From NCBI GenBank assembly GCA_965198175.1, contig OZ240245.1, positions 4,704,001-4,768,000 of the forward strand: a stretch of DNA of 64,000 nucleotides. Reading direction: 5' to 3'. Both the position numbers and the translations under genes were made by a program. Shown here piece by piece: positions 29,742 through 39,811 of this stretch (its first letter is position 1; each line of letters starts with the position of its first letter). The notes below the pieces were generated by a model. It was not told where the DNA came from, did not search any database, and saw only the letters and a program-made list of their open reading frames with translations. Source of the stretch: Candidatus Poribacteria bacterium. Lineage in GTDB: Bacteria > Poribacteria > WGA-4E > PCPOR2b.

Positions 29742-29942
29742 GTCGTAAATCCCCCTTGAAAATGAAAAGGTTTTGGGGTGTAACAAACGCACGTGGAAGA
29801 ATCTAGACGGCAAAAATGGGAAATCGGCGGGGCTCAGTATCGATGGTACTCAGTCTCGGAAAAGGTCGATCCCTGAACTGGGTACCCTTGGAATCTCGTA
29901 ATCTGTATCCAAGTAAACCTACACAGAAAAAATTAAATTTTT

Positions 29943-30180
29943 TTATGTAATTTTATCAACTCGAGGGCCGTAATCATTTTCTCCATCTGTGCCCTTGAGA
30001 AAACCACAACACACAAGAAGATATAGAAGTCCTATGATTGGAATCAATGCCATCAGGACATACACACCAGACCGATTTGTGTCATGTAAACGTTTTACGG
30101 TTGCAGCAAGACCTACGAAAAATGATGCCCATATCGGAACCTACAAGCATATAATAATTCGAGAGTTTTCACGTAAAGAT
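29943..30180 (-). pseudogene. DUF805 (YhaH-like) membrane protein remnant
   Basis: ATVKRLHDTNRSG..LMALIPIIGLLYLL...GTDGENDYGP; in-frame TAG upstream and no start codon. Confidence 0.7.
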
Positions 30181-30321
30181 AGATAAAGCCATTTACTGAT
30201 AGCGGGAACATCTTCAGAGGGATGGCAAAGCAGACCACAACAGGATCTGATTTTCCCTTTTTCATTGCGTTAGTAGAATTATACCGTAAATTTATCTAAT
30301 AGTTTACACTCTTAATAATTC

Positions 30322-31689
30322 CTACGAGAGAGGGAGACCGAACGGATATTTCAGTTCTTGTCCTCGATTTTCTGCTTTCTGTTCAATATAATCTAACAAC
30401 TCCACAAGCGTATTGAATGATGGGTAGTAAAATCTTTCACCTGTATTACTCTTGACCGAACGAACAGACTTCTTGTATGTGGACGATTCATGCGCCTCAC
30501 GGAAAGTCTTTTTAAGGTCTGTGAAAGCAAAGAAAATAATCTCCACCTCACGATAAAAGCGGAAGGTTGGATAGAATGGATGGGTAGCAAGGTCTTTTAT
30601 CTGTTTAGGGTCTGAGTCGAAAGAAATGAACTTTGTTTCCCCTTTGGCGACTTGAAATCCGCCGATATTTTTACCGTCTTGGTGAATATCCCATCGAGAA
30701 TTCTTCCTACCCCAATAATCTACCTCTACCACTTCAAAATCCAAACGCCCTGGGTTCTTAACGTCGCCCGTGCGTTCTGGTGTTAGAATCGTGCCAAATT
30801 CACGCTGTACCTCCTCAAACGTCATGCTCGTTCCCTTGCTTCGCTTCTCAAGCGCTATCCATTCCTCAAATTCTTGAAGATCCAACACAATCCCGTTGAG
30901 ATAGTTGCATATACCATATCCATAGTCTTTGCGCCAATAACTGTGGATTTTTTCGGCAACCTTCAAGGCGATTCGGAGATCTTGCTTCCCTTCTTCAACT
31001 CGTCCCAAGTAACCCTTTGCAAATCCCCGATCGATGTAAGCAGATCCAATATCATAATTGGATTTGAGGCTAATTGCCGTGTCAAAGTCCTGGATGGCGG
31101 CACTGTGTTCTCCCAAACACGTCTTAGCAATCCCCCGAGATTTGTAGTATTCGGCGTCATCGGGTTTGAAGAGAATCGCCTGCGTAAAGTCGGCGATAGC
31201 GGCAGCATACTGACATAGGTGTACCGCCTTATTAAATCCTCGCAAGTGGTAAGCTTCGGCATAATCCGGTTTTAGTTGGATTGCCTTGTCATAATCGGCG
31301 ATGGCGGCAGTATACTGTCCCGCCAGGTCCTTATCAATCCCCTGCTTGTAGTAGGCATCGGCAACATCAGGCTTTCGCCTTATGGTTTCCTCATCATATT
31401 TCAGGGTAAAAAGAGAAGCCACTGCCATTCCAATGGTAGCAACGTTGACAACAGTCCACATTTCCCGCGTTCCGTGAACGGGAAGAATTGGATTGTAAAT
31501 AGCCGCAGTAACTCCCAAAATCCAAACCCAACCCTGTTTCTTTCGGGTAGAAGCGTGAATAGCAAGATACACAAACGCTGCACAACACACCCATCTGAGA
31601 AACATATAAAATCCATAGAGAGAGTCAGGATTCAGAGCTAACAATAGCATCGGGATGATAATTGCTTGGGGTATCCAAGTCTTTTTCAC
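30322..31689 (-). CDS. Membrane (DUF6804-like) plus TPR-repeat protein
   Basis: YGFYMFLRWVCC...AIYNPILPVH..RE.W...N membrane domain; AIADYDKAIQLKPDYAEAY TPRs; GTG start. Confidence 0.75.
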   Translation of the reverse strand: MKKTWIPQAIIIPMLLLALNPDSLYGFYMFLRWVCCAAFVYLAIHASTRKKQGWVWILGVTAAIYNPILPVHGTREMWTVVNVATIGMAVASLFTLKYDEETIRRKPDVADAYYKQGIDKDLAGQYTAAIADYDKAIQLKPDYAEAYHLRGFNKAVHLCQYAAAIADFTQAILFKPDDAEYYKSRGIAKTCLGEHSAAIQDFDTAISLKSNYDIGSAYIDRGFAKGYLGRVEEGKQDLRIALKVAEKIHSYWRKDYGYGICNYLNGIVLDLQEFEEWIALEKRSKGTSMTFEEVQREFGTILTPERTGDVKNPGRLDFEVVEVDYWGRKNSRWDIHQDGKNIGGFQVAKGETKFISFDSDPKQIKDLATHPFYPTFRFYREVEIIFFAFTDLKKTFREAHESSTYKKSVRSVKSNTGERFYYPSFNTLVELLDYIEQKAENRGQELKYPFGLPLS

Positions 31690-31690
31690 A

Positions 31691-32191
31691 TTAATTTCCT
31701 TGCTCAGTCCCTAAAGAATCAATATATTCTCGCCCTCTATCGGTTAAGAAAAGGTAAACCGGTGACACGTTCATCCCAAATATCTCAGCGGAGCTCTTTG
31801 GACTTTTTACTTCTACATACCCAAGGTCCAAGATGCGATTAATTAGAATCATCATAAATGATGGAAATTGCACCCTTTCTCCTGTATTTTTGTGCAATGT
31901 TAAGAGGATGTCAACTTCTAATAGGCTGAATCTGTCATGTGCGTAACGAAGATTAGCTTTATAGATTCTTAGAGAGTTTTTATCGATTTCACCCCTATGG
32001 GCCCTCGTGTGGCAATTAGGACACAAAGCGATAAGGTTTTCATACTTGTGCTCTCCACATTCTTTCCACGGAATAATATGATGAATCTCAACATCAGGAT
32101 TTCTACAAGTGTGGATTGCACAACGGTGTCCCGCTTCACACAGAACGCGCCGTTTCAGTTTCTGTGGCACGTAACGCGACATTATTTTCAT
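31691..32191 (-). CDS. HNH endonuclease domain protein
   Basis: EAGHRCAI..C...EIHHIIPW...H.YENLIALCPNCH. Confidence 0.85.
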   Translation of the reverse strand: MKIMSRYVPQKLKRRVLCEAGHRCAIHTCRNPDVEIHHIIPWKECGEHKYENLIALCPNCHTRAHRGEIDKNSLRIYKANLRYAHDRFSLLEVDILLTLHKNTGERVQFPSFMMILINRILDLGYVEVKSPKSSAEIFGMNVSPVYLFLTDRGREYIDSLGTEQGN

Positions 32192-32198
32192 CCTTCTG

Positions 32199-32336
32199 TT
32201 ATGATGTATTTCTTAAGGAAACTAGTGTCTCATCCGCTATTGAGGCGGAATATCTGGAGTGCATTGTTCCAAGCAAACGAATGTACTTCAGAGGTGTGTA
32301 AGCCTCAGTGAACACTAATTCGAGAGACTGCATCAT
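32199..32336 (-). CDS. Possible 45-aa small ORF upstream of HNH
   Basis: Strong AAGGGAGG RBS before ATG; ends 8 bp before the HNH start; no recognisable family. Confidence 0.25.
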   Translation of the reverse strand: MMQSLELVFTEAYTPLKYIRLLGTMHSRYSASIADETLVSLRNTS

Positions 32337-32485
32337 AGTTGTTCCTCCCTTTGTGAAATTTCACACTTACATTACTTACACATCGACACTGACATCGATT
32401 TCGCGGGTGGCAGTGCCCGAGATAAAACAGTGCCAATAACCAGTAATCAGTAGCCTGTGTTTTACTGACCACTGACAACTGGACA

Positions 32486-33571
32486 CTAGCCTCTGTTCGC
32501 AGACTTTGTTGCGCTCCGATTTTGCACGCTGATTATCGCATCAACTAACTTATGCGGTCCAAAGCGAATGACATCTGTGGCTGGCAAGCCCGCCTCCCGC
32601 TCCGCCAATTCGGTGGTTTCACGGGCTTGTTTTTCGGTGAGGTCAAAACAGTTGAGAGCGATCCCTATGACTTTGGCAGGCTTGATGGGCTCGGCAAGTA
32701 TTTCGTATTGTGCAATCATCTCTCCCAATGACGGCAAGGCGATGGGATACCGGGCGACATTTTTCCGGGAGGGCTGATGGCAAAAAATCATCGCGTCAGG
32801 CATAGCGCCGTGCAGCAGGCTCAACGTGACACCGGAGTAACCTGGGTGAACTAGCGAACCCTGTCCCTCGACAATGAGGAGATCGTGATTTTGGGCGCCT
32901 TCAATAACGATTTGCTCCGTCGCGCCAGCGGTAAAGTCAGACACTACCGCGTCAACGGCAATTCCCCACCCGGAGACCATCATTCCGTTTTGACCGGTCG
33001 GACAAAATTCAGCATTCAAACCGCGTTTTCTTGCCTCATTCGCAAGCTCGATCCCGACTACCATTTTTCCAACGCGGCAATCCGATCCGACGGTTAGAAC
33101 AACGGTTGCATGAACATTGGCGGCTTTGCAGGTTGCTATTGGGAGGTTCGGCGGTGGTTTACGCACGTCCCATAGAATAACGTTATAGCGTTCTGCCAGC
33201 TCTGCAAGTTCTAAATCGTTGCTCAGAAACCAATGAAGCCCACTCATAATGTGCAATCCACCTTCGATTGCTTCACGCAGTATGGATTTCCATTTCGGAG
33301 GCAACTCCCCGCCGGGCGGGGCGATTCCAACTGCTAGCATTGTCGGATGTAGCTGCATTGCCTCCGCAAGGCTACCAACGATTGGGATTCCGGTTCCAAT
33401 ACCAATTACTTCGCCGACATCTTTTCCCGCCTTCGTGCTGTCAATAACAGCAACGACACTGTCCGACAAGTATCGTACCAACACGGTCGCCGCCTTTGAT
33501 TCGAGAATACCGAACGAACCTTCAGCGAGAATGACCATTTCATGGGCTTTAGGATCTAATCGCCGTGCCAT
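32486..33571 (-). CDS. DUF1611 family protein (P-loop-like)
   Basis: GIAPPGG.LP, SGLH.FL, WDVRKPP, VGSDCRVGKM, TGQNG, EGQGSL.HP.YSGVTL.LLHG. Confidence 0.9.
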   Translation of the reverse strand: MARRLDPKAHEMVILAEGSFGILESKAATVLVRYLSDSVVAVIDSTKAGKDVGEVIGIGTGIPIVGSLAEAMQLHPTMLAVGIAPPGGELPPKWKSILREAIEGGLHIMSGLHWFLSNDLELAELAERYNVILWDVRKPPPNLPIATCKAANVHATVVLTVGSDCRVGKMVVGIELANEARKRGLNAEFCPTGQNGMMVSGWGIAVDAVVSDFTAGATEQIVIEGAQNHDLLIVEGQGSLVHPGYSGVTLSLLHGAMPDAMIFCHQPSRKNVARYPIALPSLGEMIAQYEILAEPIKPAKVIGIALNCFDLTEKQARETTELAEREAGLPATDVIRFGPHKLVDAIISVQNRSATKSANRG

Positions 33572-33996
33572 AGAACTTTATCCTGACGTAGATTTTCTTC
33601 CACCTAAGATAGACTCCATCCAAATTGTGGGAACTTGTGTGTACTGGAATTCAATCTATCTGATATGCCACTTACGCAGAAAAATACGCCTCTCCACACT
33701 CACAGCAGACTTGGGCAGACAGACTCTTCGCATACCATCAGTTCTTCATCAATAGGTGGCTTCAAACTATTCGCTGTCTAAGGTCTGAATAAGGTTTACA
33801 CGCCACGAAGACAATAGCACGGTGGATTTCAGAAACGTGTGAACACAACTCTGTCCCGACCTCGGCATCGTCACATGTTCGGCATCTCACTGTCACTGCG
33901 TCCGTTTTGAAGAAGATGGTAGGACCCGTCGGAACAAGTTGCTCAATCCCGACAGGCAGCGTTGAAGGGTCGTTCTCTCTTTTGCAACACCGATAA

Positions 33997-35373
33997 TCAC
34001 TGGATATTCTTCGCAACCTTGTCTATCTGAACAACAGTCGTCAGGATAGATTCCAGCATTTCCAGACCAATCATGTTTTGCCCGTCGCAAAGTGCCTCAT
34101 CGGGACGGTCGTGCACCTCCATGAACAGGGCGTCTATCCCCACCGCAGTAGCTGCTCGTGCTAGATGCGCGGCGAACTCTCTTCGTCCACCGGAGCTTCT
34201 CCCTAAACCACCTGGCAACTGAGTGCTGTGCGTAGCGTCAAAGACAATAGGATATCCAGAGGATTGCATGATTGGAAGCGAACTCATATCAACGACCAAA
34301 TTGTTGTAACCGAAACAGCTTCCTCTTTCGGTTAGCAGGATTCTTTCGTTTCCTGTGGACCTTATCTTGTCAACCACGTTGGTCATGTCCTGCGGCGCCA
34401 TGAACTGCCCCTTCTTTACATTGATCGGTTTCCCGGTTTTCCCAGCCGAAACGAGCAGATCCGTCTGTCTGCACAAGAACGCGGGGATTTGAATCGCGTC
34501 AAGCACGGACGAAGCAGGCTGAATCTGATTGACACAGTGAACATCTGAAAGTGTCGGCACACCAATCTCTTTTTGAACCGCCGCTAAGATGGAAAGCCCT
34601 TTTTCAAGCCCTGGGCCTCGATAGGAGCTTATCGAGGAACGGTTCGCCTTGTCATATGAGGATTTGAAGACAAAGGGGACTCCCAATTTTTCCGTAATGT
34701 TTCTAATTGCTTCAGCCATCTTGAGTGTGTGATCCCGGTTTTCGATGACGCAGGGGCCTGCGATAAGGGCAATTCCAAGCCCTCCACCAATCTGAACACC
34801 GTTTATCGGAACGGCATTTGTCGTGGGAGAAAGGTCTTGATGGATTTCCATGGGATTCACGTTGGTGTCTGAACTATGGACCCGTTCTTCCTTCTGAGAG
34901 ATTATCATGTCACATATCTCCCTCACTGCTCCATCTCCACCTACTTTACCTGTTACATAATCGGCGCGGTGCTTCACCGTATCGTGGGCATCAGCGACCG
35001 CAACGGGCAGCCCAACGAAGTTCAGAACGTCAATATCCCCTAGGTCGTCTCCGATGTAAAGTGTCTCATCAGACGATATCGTATACCTCTGCACAATATC
35101 TTGCAGTACAGGGAGTTTGTCGCTCACACCCAAATGTATCTCGTCCACAAGAAGTTCCTGCGCTCGTCTCCTAACAGCCTCGCTTGTTCGTCCTGAGATG
35201 ACAGCGAGCTTAATGCCGTGACTTTTAATGAGCTTGAGGCCTTGCCCGTCACGGACGTTGAAAGCTTTTATCTCCTCACCGGAATCTGAATAGTAGAGCT
35301 TTCCATCCGTCAACACCCCATCAACGTCCATTACTAACATTCGAACATTTTTTAATTTCTCAATGAAGTTCAT
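33997..35373 (-). CDS. kdsA: Fused KDO8P phosphatase (KdsC, HAD) - KDO8P synthase (KdsA)
   Basis: N-half [28 protein letters not shown]-half [40 protein letters not shown]; single open frame. Confidence 0.9.
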   Translation of the reverse strand: MNFIEKLKNVRMLVMDVDGVLTDGKLYYSDSGEEIKAFNVRDGQGLKLIKSHGIKLAVISGRTSEAVRRRAQELLVDEIHLGVSDKLPVLQDIVQRYTISSDETLYIGDDLGDIDVLNFVGLPVAVADAHDTVKHRADYVTGKVGGDGAVREICDMIISQKEERVHSSDTNVNPMEIHQDLSPTTNAVPINGVQIGGGLGIALIAGPCVIENRDHTLKMAEAIRNITEKLGVPFVFKSSYDKANRSSISSYRGPGLEKGLSILAAVQKEIGVPTLSDVHCVNQIQPASSVLDAIQIPAFLCRQTDLLVSAGKTGKPINVKKGQFMAPQDMTNVVDKIRSTGNERILLTERGSCFGYNNLVVDMSSLPIMQSSGYPIVFDATHSTQLPGGLGRSSGGRREFAAHLARAATAVGIDALFMEVHDRPDEALCDGQNMIGLEMLESILTTVVQIDKVAKNIQ

Positions 35374-35413
35374 TTATTGTTGCATCTGTCCTTCCCCGAT
35401 GTCCACGCAAAGA

Positions 35414-37933
35414 TTATGACCATGCCTCGATTAATCTATATTCTAGCTGATTCATCGAATTGTTTCCGCTCGTCTCATCCAAAATTGGGCGAATGATGAC
35501 TTTCACAGGCGTACCTTTTGATGGCACGACATCCGTATTCACGCGGTAGGTTCGATCGTCCTTGCCGCCGGACAGGGGGTGATTGAAGATTGAATCCGGG
35601 TCACGGTAAACAGCAATGATGTTGTGGTGCTGCTGTGCAGTGAATTGTTTATTGATGATGCGTGCGCCGGTAAACACCCAATGGGTCTGCTGCATCGGGT
35701 GTTCGTTCATGGCGTTCCACACCAATTTTTCAGCGCGATGGCGAACAACGTCGGTTCCTCGCTCCCATTCGATCCAAACCTCGGCTGAATCACCTTTAGG
35801 TTCATGGGGATCGCCTTCGATTGTGAGGTTCATGCCCGGAGACATGCCTAGTTGCACGAGTGCAAGTTGAATATGGATGGGTTCGGCATGGACCATAATT
35901 AGACTTTCATGTGTCTTGCCAAATTTGCCAACGGCAAAAAATTCGAGGATGGTATCGCCGCTAATGATATTAATTTCGCCTGGCACAGTGACTTCGCGTT
36001 TGTTGAAATCAACCATAACATCTCCCATACGGTAGACGCCATCGCTAATCTTCTGGGTGACTGGGGTCGAATCAATGGCAGCAGCGGACTGGGGGCGAAT
36101 ATCCAATGCCTGTGATACAGTATTGTTCTCGCGATCTAAATCATCAATGTGTTTATCTGGATCAACAAGAACGTAGATTTCACGGGTTCCCTTCTCCGTA
36201 GGCACCCAGTTAATCGTGGTTGTCGTTTCGTCGAGATCTCTATGAAAGATGACCTCCTGATCGCCAATCATTTTTCCGCCCCGCTCCGGATTTCCATCGT
36301 AGAAATCGACCTTCACGATAGACTCTTCAGGTTGAATACCCGTATTTGTCAGGGTGACACTAATTCGGACCGGTTCACCGACACGCGGTGCGGGCGGGGA
36401 AAAGCGAAGGCTCCGATAGACAGCACCGAGGTTAGGTGAGGTCGGCCGTGGTAGGGCGCGAGTCAGAAACATCAGCGCAAAACAGGTCGTTGGGAAATAG
36501 TCTTCGTGATCAATCCAGCGCCCATCAGGTTGCTGCTCGGCGACGAGCATGTTCGATATTTCTTGGTACCAATCATGTCCAGCGAGTGTTTCCAATTTTG
36601 GGGAGATATCGCAGAACCGTTGCAGCGAGACAAGATAGTAATAATGCCATGAAGTCGCACCGGGATTTCGAGTCAGCGACCAATACTTCTTAACCCACGC
36701 CTGCCCCTTCCGGATTTGTAGGTCTTCTGCTGGTACGCCGCAAGCACGAAGTGCCCACAGACCTGTTCCGGTCATACTGCCGTAGACTCCCTCCGCCCAA
36801 GGGGAACCACTATCGACAAGGTTGTAGACCCAGCCGCCGCTTTCCATCTGATTACGTCGAATCCACTTTTCAGCACGCTCCCACGTATCCTGTGGGATGT
36901 CAAGCCCCCATTGTTTCGCCGCGTAGAGCGCATAGATTACCATATGCATATGCGCTCCATCTGCGGTTATCCCATATCCCCAACCGCCATCGTCTCTTGG
37001 GTCTGCGAACTCATCTCCTTTAACCGGCAATTGGTTTCTGACAAGCTGATTTACCGCAAACTGGGCGAGCTGACGGTATTTCGAATCGTTCGCCGCGACA
37101 AGCGCAGGCACAATGATTGCTAGTTGATAAACTTGCAAACTGTTCGTGTCCTGATGCGTTAAAAATTCTAGTGCTCGTTGTACAACAGGATCGGAGGTGG
37201 GGACACCAGCCGAAAGCAGCGTCAGTAAAGCAATTGCGGTTTCTTGCCGGCTGTCTTCCCCAAAATCCCATGCAGGGCCCTCCAGACGATTTACGGGTAG
37301 ACCTTTCAGGGTTGCACCACAGATGACGCAGATAGAAATAAGCTGATTCTCAGTTCTACATTGCACACAAGTACGGCTGTGCTTTCCTTGCTGAGATTTA
37401 ATCCATTCCACGCCTTTGTGAATTGCGGTTTGAATCTCTGCCGGCGTTGCTCTGGGGAATGTGCGTGGCGTTGCTGTTAATGATGTGTGGGCGATGTTGT
37501 TCTCCCGGACAACTTCTCTAATTTCTTTCTCGTCTCCGGTCGGGTTAACAACAGCATAAACCTCAACCGTACCAGGGGGCGGCCGCCATTGTGCCTTCAC
37601 GCTGTCAGATTTACCGGGGGATAGTTCTAAGATTACGTCTCTGCATAGAATCCGAAGGGGCTTTTTCGCTGGATCGTCTACGTAAGGATTGCCTTCATAA
37701 AGATTCACAAGAAGGTCTTCATTGAGTGTTGGCGCAGCCTCTCCGATGTTCTTTACTGTGACATGAATCGTAATTTCCTCACCTTCAAATGGAGACGGGT
37801 TGGAAAATGTGATACTCCTGGCATCCACCGCAAAATCTGGCAGTGCTGCTGGCTGTGCTAGAACGTAAACGGCGATGAGCAGGAGCGTAAAGGAGAGAAA
37901 ACAGCAAAATACTTTATACACAATAGGCCTCAT
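35414..37933 (-). CDS. Secreted CARDB - prenyltransferase/squalene-cyclase-like repeat - CARDB - YdjY-like multidomain protein
   Basis: Signal peptide; two CARDB-like Ig domains (VTVKNIG...ENN; VDP...ENN); QW-type repeats (DGGWGY, NQMESGGWVY, QQPDGRW); C-terminal EFFAV...KTHESL...ALVQLG. Confidence 0.65.
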   Translation of the reverse strand: MRPIVYKVFCCFLSFTLLLIAVYVLAQPAALPDFAVDARSITFSNPSPFEGEEITIHVTVKNIGEAAPTLNEDLLVNLYEGNPYVDDPAKKPLRILCRDVILELSPGKSDSVKAQWRPPPGTVEVYAVVNPTGDEKEIREVVRENNIAHTSLTATPRTFPRATPAEIQTAIHKGVEWIKSQQGKHSRTCVQCRTENQLISICVICGATLKGLPVNRLEGPAWDFGEDSRQETAIALLTLLSAGVPTSDPVVQRALEFLTHQDTNSLQVYQLAIIVPALVAANDSKYRQLAQFAVNQLVRNQLPVKGDEFADPRDDGGWGYGITADGAHMHMVIYALYAAKQWGLDIPQDTWERAEKWIRRNQMESGGWVYNLVDSGSPWAEGVYGSMTGTGLWALRACGVPAEDLQIRKGQAWVKKYWSLTRNPGATSWHYYYLVSLQRFCDISPKLETLAGHDWYQEISNMLVAEQQPDGRWIDHEDYFPTTCFALMFLTRALPRPTSPNLGAVYRSLRFSPPAPRVGEPVRISVTLTNTGIQPEESIVKVDFYDGNPERGGKMIGDQEVIFHRDLDETTTTINWVPTEKGTREIYVLVDPDKHIDDLDRENNTVSQALDIRPQSAAAIDSTPVTQKISDGVYRMGDVMVDFNKREVTVPGEINIISGDTILEFFAVGKFGKTHESLIMVHAEPIHIQLALVQLGMSPGMNLTIEGDPHEPKGDSAEVWIEWERGTDVVRHRAEKLVWNAMNEHPMQQTHWVFTGARIINKQFTAQQHHNIIAVYRDPDSIFNHPLSGGKDDRTYRVNTDVVPSKGTPVKVIIRPILDETSGNNSMNQLEYRLIEAWS

Positions 37934-38532
37934 ATCTAGCTGAAATAATGAAACATTTTAAGCAACCTCAAGAGCGATTTGACGTAAGCGAGCCATCCGG
38001 GCTTTCTTTACAAGTTAGGACTCGCTGACTGCATCCTTGGAGTGCAACTCAAAGGGTTTCTAAGGGAGGGACTATTCTAAAAGCGCAAAAATGGCGGGTT
38101 AAGAACCATGTCCCACTTATTCGATTACTCAAAATACTGATTCATCGTCATTTCACAAAGTATAATTTGCAGAAAGATTTAGAGATATATCTACGTAGAC
38201 ATCTATCTTGCCCAGGAGCTGAGGTAGAGGACAGAGAATGATTATATCTTTCTGTGCTCGTTGAAGAGCTGAGACACATCCCCGCTATAGCAATGAAAAC
38301 ATACATACTGTCGTCTCTACGGTTACAACGAATAGCCACCAAAAAGTTGAGATAGATGCGTCAATTTGGATTCCGAACAAATTGGAGCATCCGTAGGAAT
38401 GGATTTGGTCAGGAATAGGACGATCCGCTTGAAGTTGATAATGGCAAGATTGCATGTTCTGATTTCTCCATTGATGCGTCAGCATATTCGGCAATGAGAT
38501 GTTAAGTATCGTAATGATTTATCCATTACGTC

Positions 38533-39498
38533 TTATTCACCTGCCCAATAACCGACGGAAACGTAGGATGGTATTGGTACGGCTTGTCCAAACAACTTCT
38601 TTCCTGTTGCGGAGAATTTGCTGACCTCACCTTGAAAGGTTGATCCAAGCTGGTCAGCGACCCAAAGACTTCCATCTTTAGGATCGACACTAATTGCCAA
38701 AATTATCATTCCAGCATTTGGGATTTCCTTAATTTTCTGTCCGTCTGCGGAGAGCTTAATCAGCGAAGAAGAATCGGCAACAACCCAAAGACTACCATCT
38801 TGGGAATTGACCCTCGGTGAAATCGGTAATGGAATGTCCGCAAGACGCAAGAGTTCTCGACCGTTCGCGTCCAATTTAACGAGAATGCCCGCCTGCGTAT
38901 CCGCAACCCACGCATTACCCGTTTTCGAATTAACAGTGACATATTTGGGTTCTGTGAGTTTCACCGGAGAAGTCACGGCGAGCGCCCCGCTGGAATCATA
39001 ACGAGCTACTTTTCCTCTAGAGTCGGTCACCCAGCAACTCCCATCGGTCAGATTTACCGCAACTTCGGGCTCATACACGCCGGGGATTGTGGCGAGGACC
39101 TGACCATCCGCCGATACCTTGACGACCACATCAAGCCCACCAATCCACGCCGCGCCATCAACCGGGTTAAGTGAGACGGAATGGGGCCGTTTGATGTTCG
39201 GAATCGCGATGAATTCTCCGCTAGAAGGGTTATACTTGTAGACCGTATTCGCAGCCGACACGGCAATCCACACGGTGCCATCTCTGGGATTGACCTCCGC
39301 AGTTTGCGCCTGGGTAAGGTTGGGAATTACTGTTGGATCCGGGTTTCCATCCGGATAGAGTCTGCGAACGGTATCGCCATTACTAACCACCCAACATTCA
39401 CCGTTGTACTCGGCATCAAGGTTGTTTATCAATGAAACAACGATGAACAAGACGATTGTTAAGGTAATCTGCGAAGTCCTTATGAAGTTCCTTTGCAT
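38533..39498 (-). CDS. Secreted beta-propeller protein (NHL/Vgb-like)
   Basis: Signal peptide; repeated VNP.DG..WV.D blades; AGGAG RBS. Confidence 0.75.
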   Translation of the reverse strand: MQRNFIRTSQITLTIVLFIVVSLINNLDAEYNGECWVVSNGDTVRRLYPDGNPDPTVIPNLTQAQTAEVNPRDGTVWIAVSAANTVYKYNPSSGEFIAIPNIKRPHSVSLNPVDGAAWIGGLDVVVKVSADGQVLATIPGVYEPEVAVNLTDGSCWVTDSRGKVARYDSSGALAVTSPVKLTEPKYVTVNSKTGNAWVADTQAGILVKLDANGRELLRLADIPLPISPRVNSQDGSLWVVADSSSLIKLSADGQKIKEIPNAGMIILAISVDPKDGSLWVADQLGSTFQGEVSKFSATGKKLFGQAVPIPSYVSVGYWAGE

Positions 39499-39811
39499 TT
39501 TTAATCTCCTATTAATAAAAAGCCTCGTTAGTTGTTGGAGAACGTACCTGCAATCAATGATAACATCAATAGATTAGCACATTCCTCTCACAATGTTCAA
39601 GCACTTTCGACGCGTACCCTGAAGGGCAAATCTGGGTTGAGCAATGCAAAACCTTGCTGTATCTCGCTTGGGAATAGCAGCAAGTCACGCTTCCGAACTC
39701 TCGAAAACCAATCTTCTTGACGACCAACAATCAGAAAAAGTTTATGCTGTGTTTGAACGAGGATATGGTATAATGTTGAAGAAATCAAGTGTTACTTGGA
39801 GAGCTCATACA

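Larger units (their letters stand above)
24550..32485. mobile_element. Accessory genomic island inserted at the 3' end of the DUF1611 gene
   Basis: Flanked by a 102-bp direct repeat; cargo includes an IS1595 transposase, HNH, TPR, repeat proteins and pseudogenes; no integrase seen. Confidence 0.65.

Noticed and set aside
24448..32600. 102-bp repeat pair as a diversity-generating retroelement TR/VR
   Set aside because: Eight of 12 differences are A vs G on the coding strand, but four are at non-A positions, most are synonymous transitions, and no reverse transcriptase is present.
35414..37933. Squalene-hopene cyclase
   Set aside because: It has only a single barrel, no DxDD motif, and is secreted with CARDB domains.
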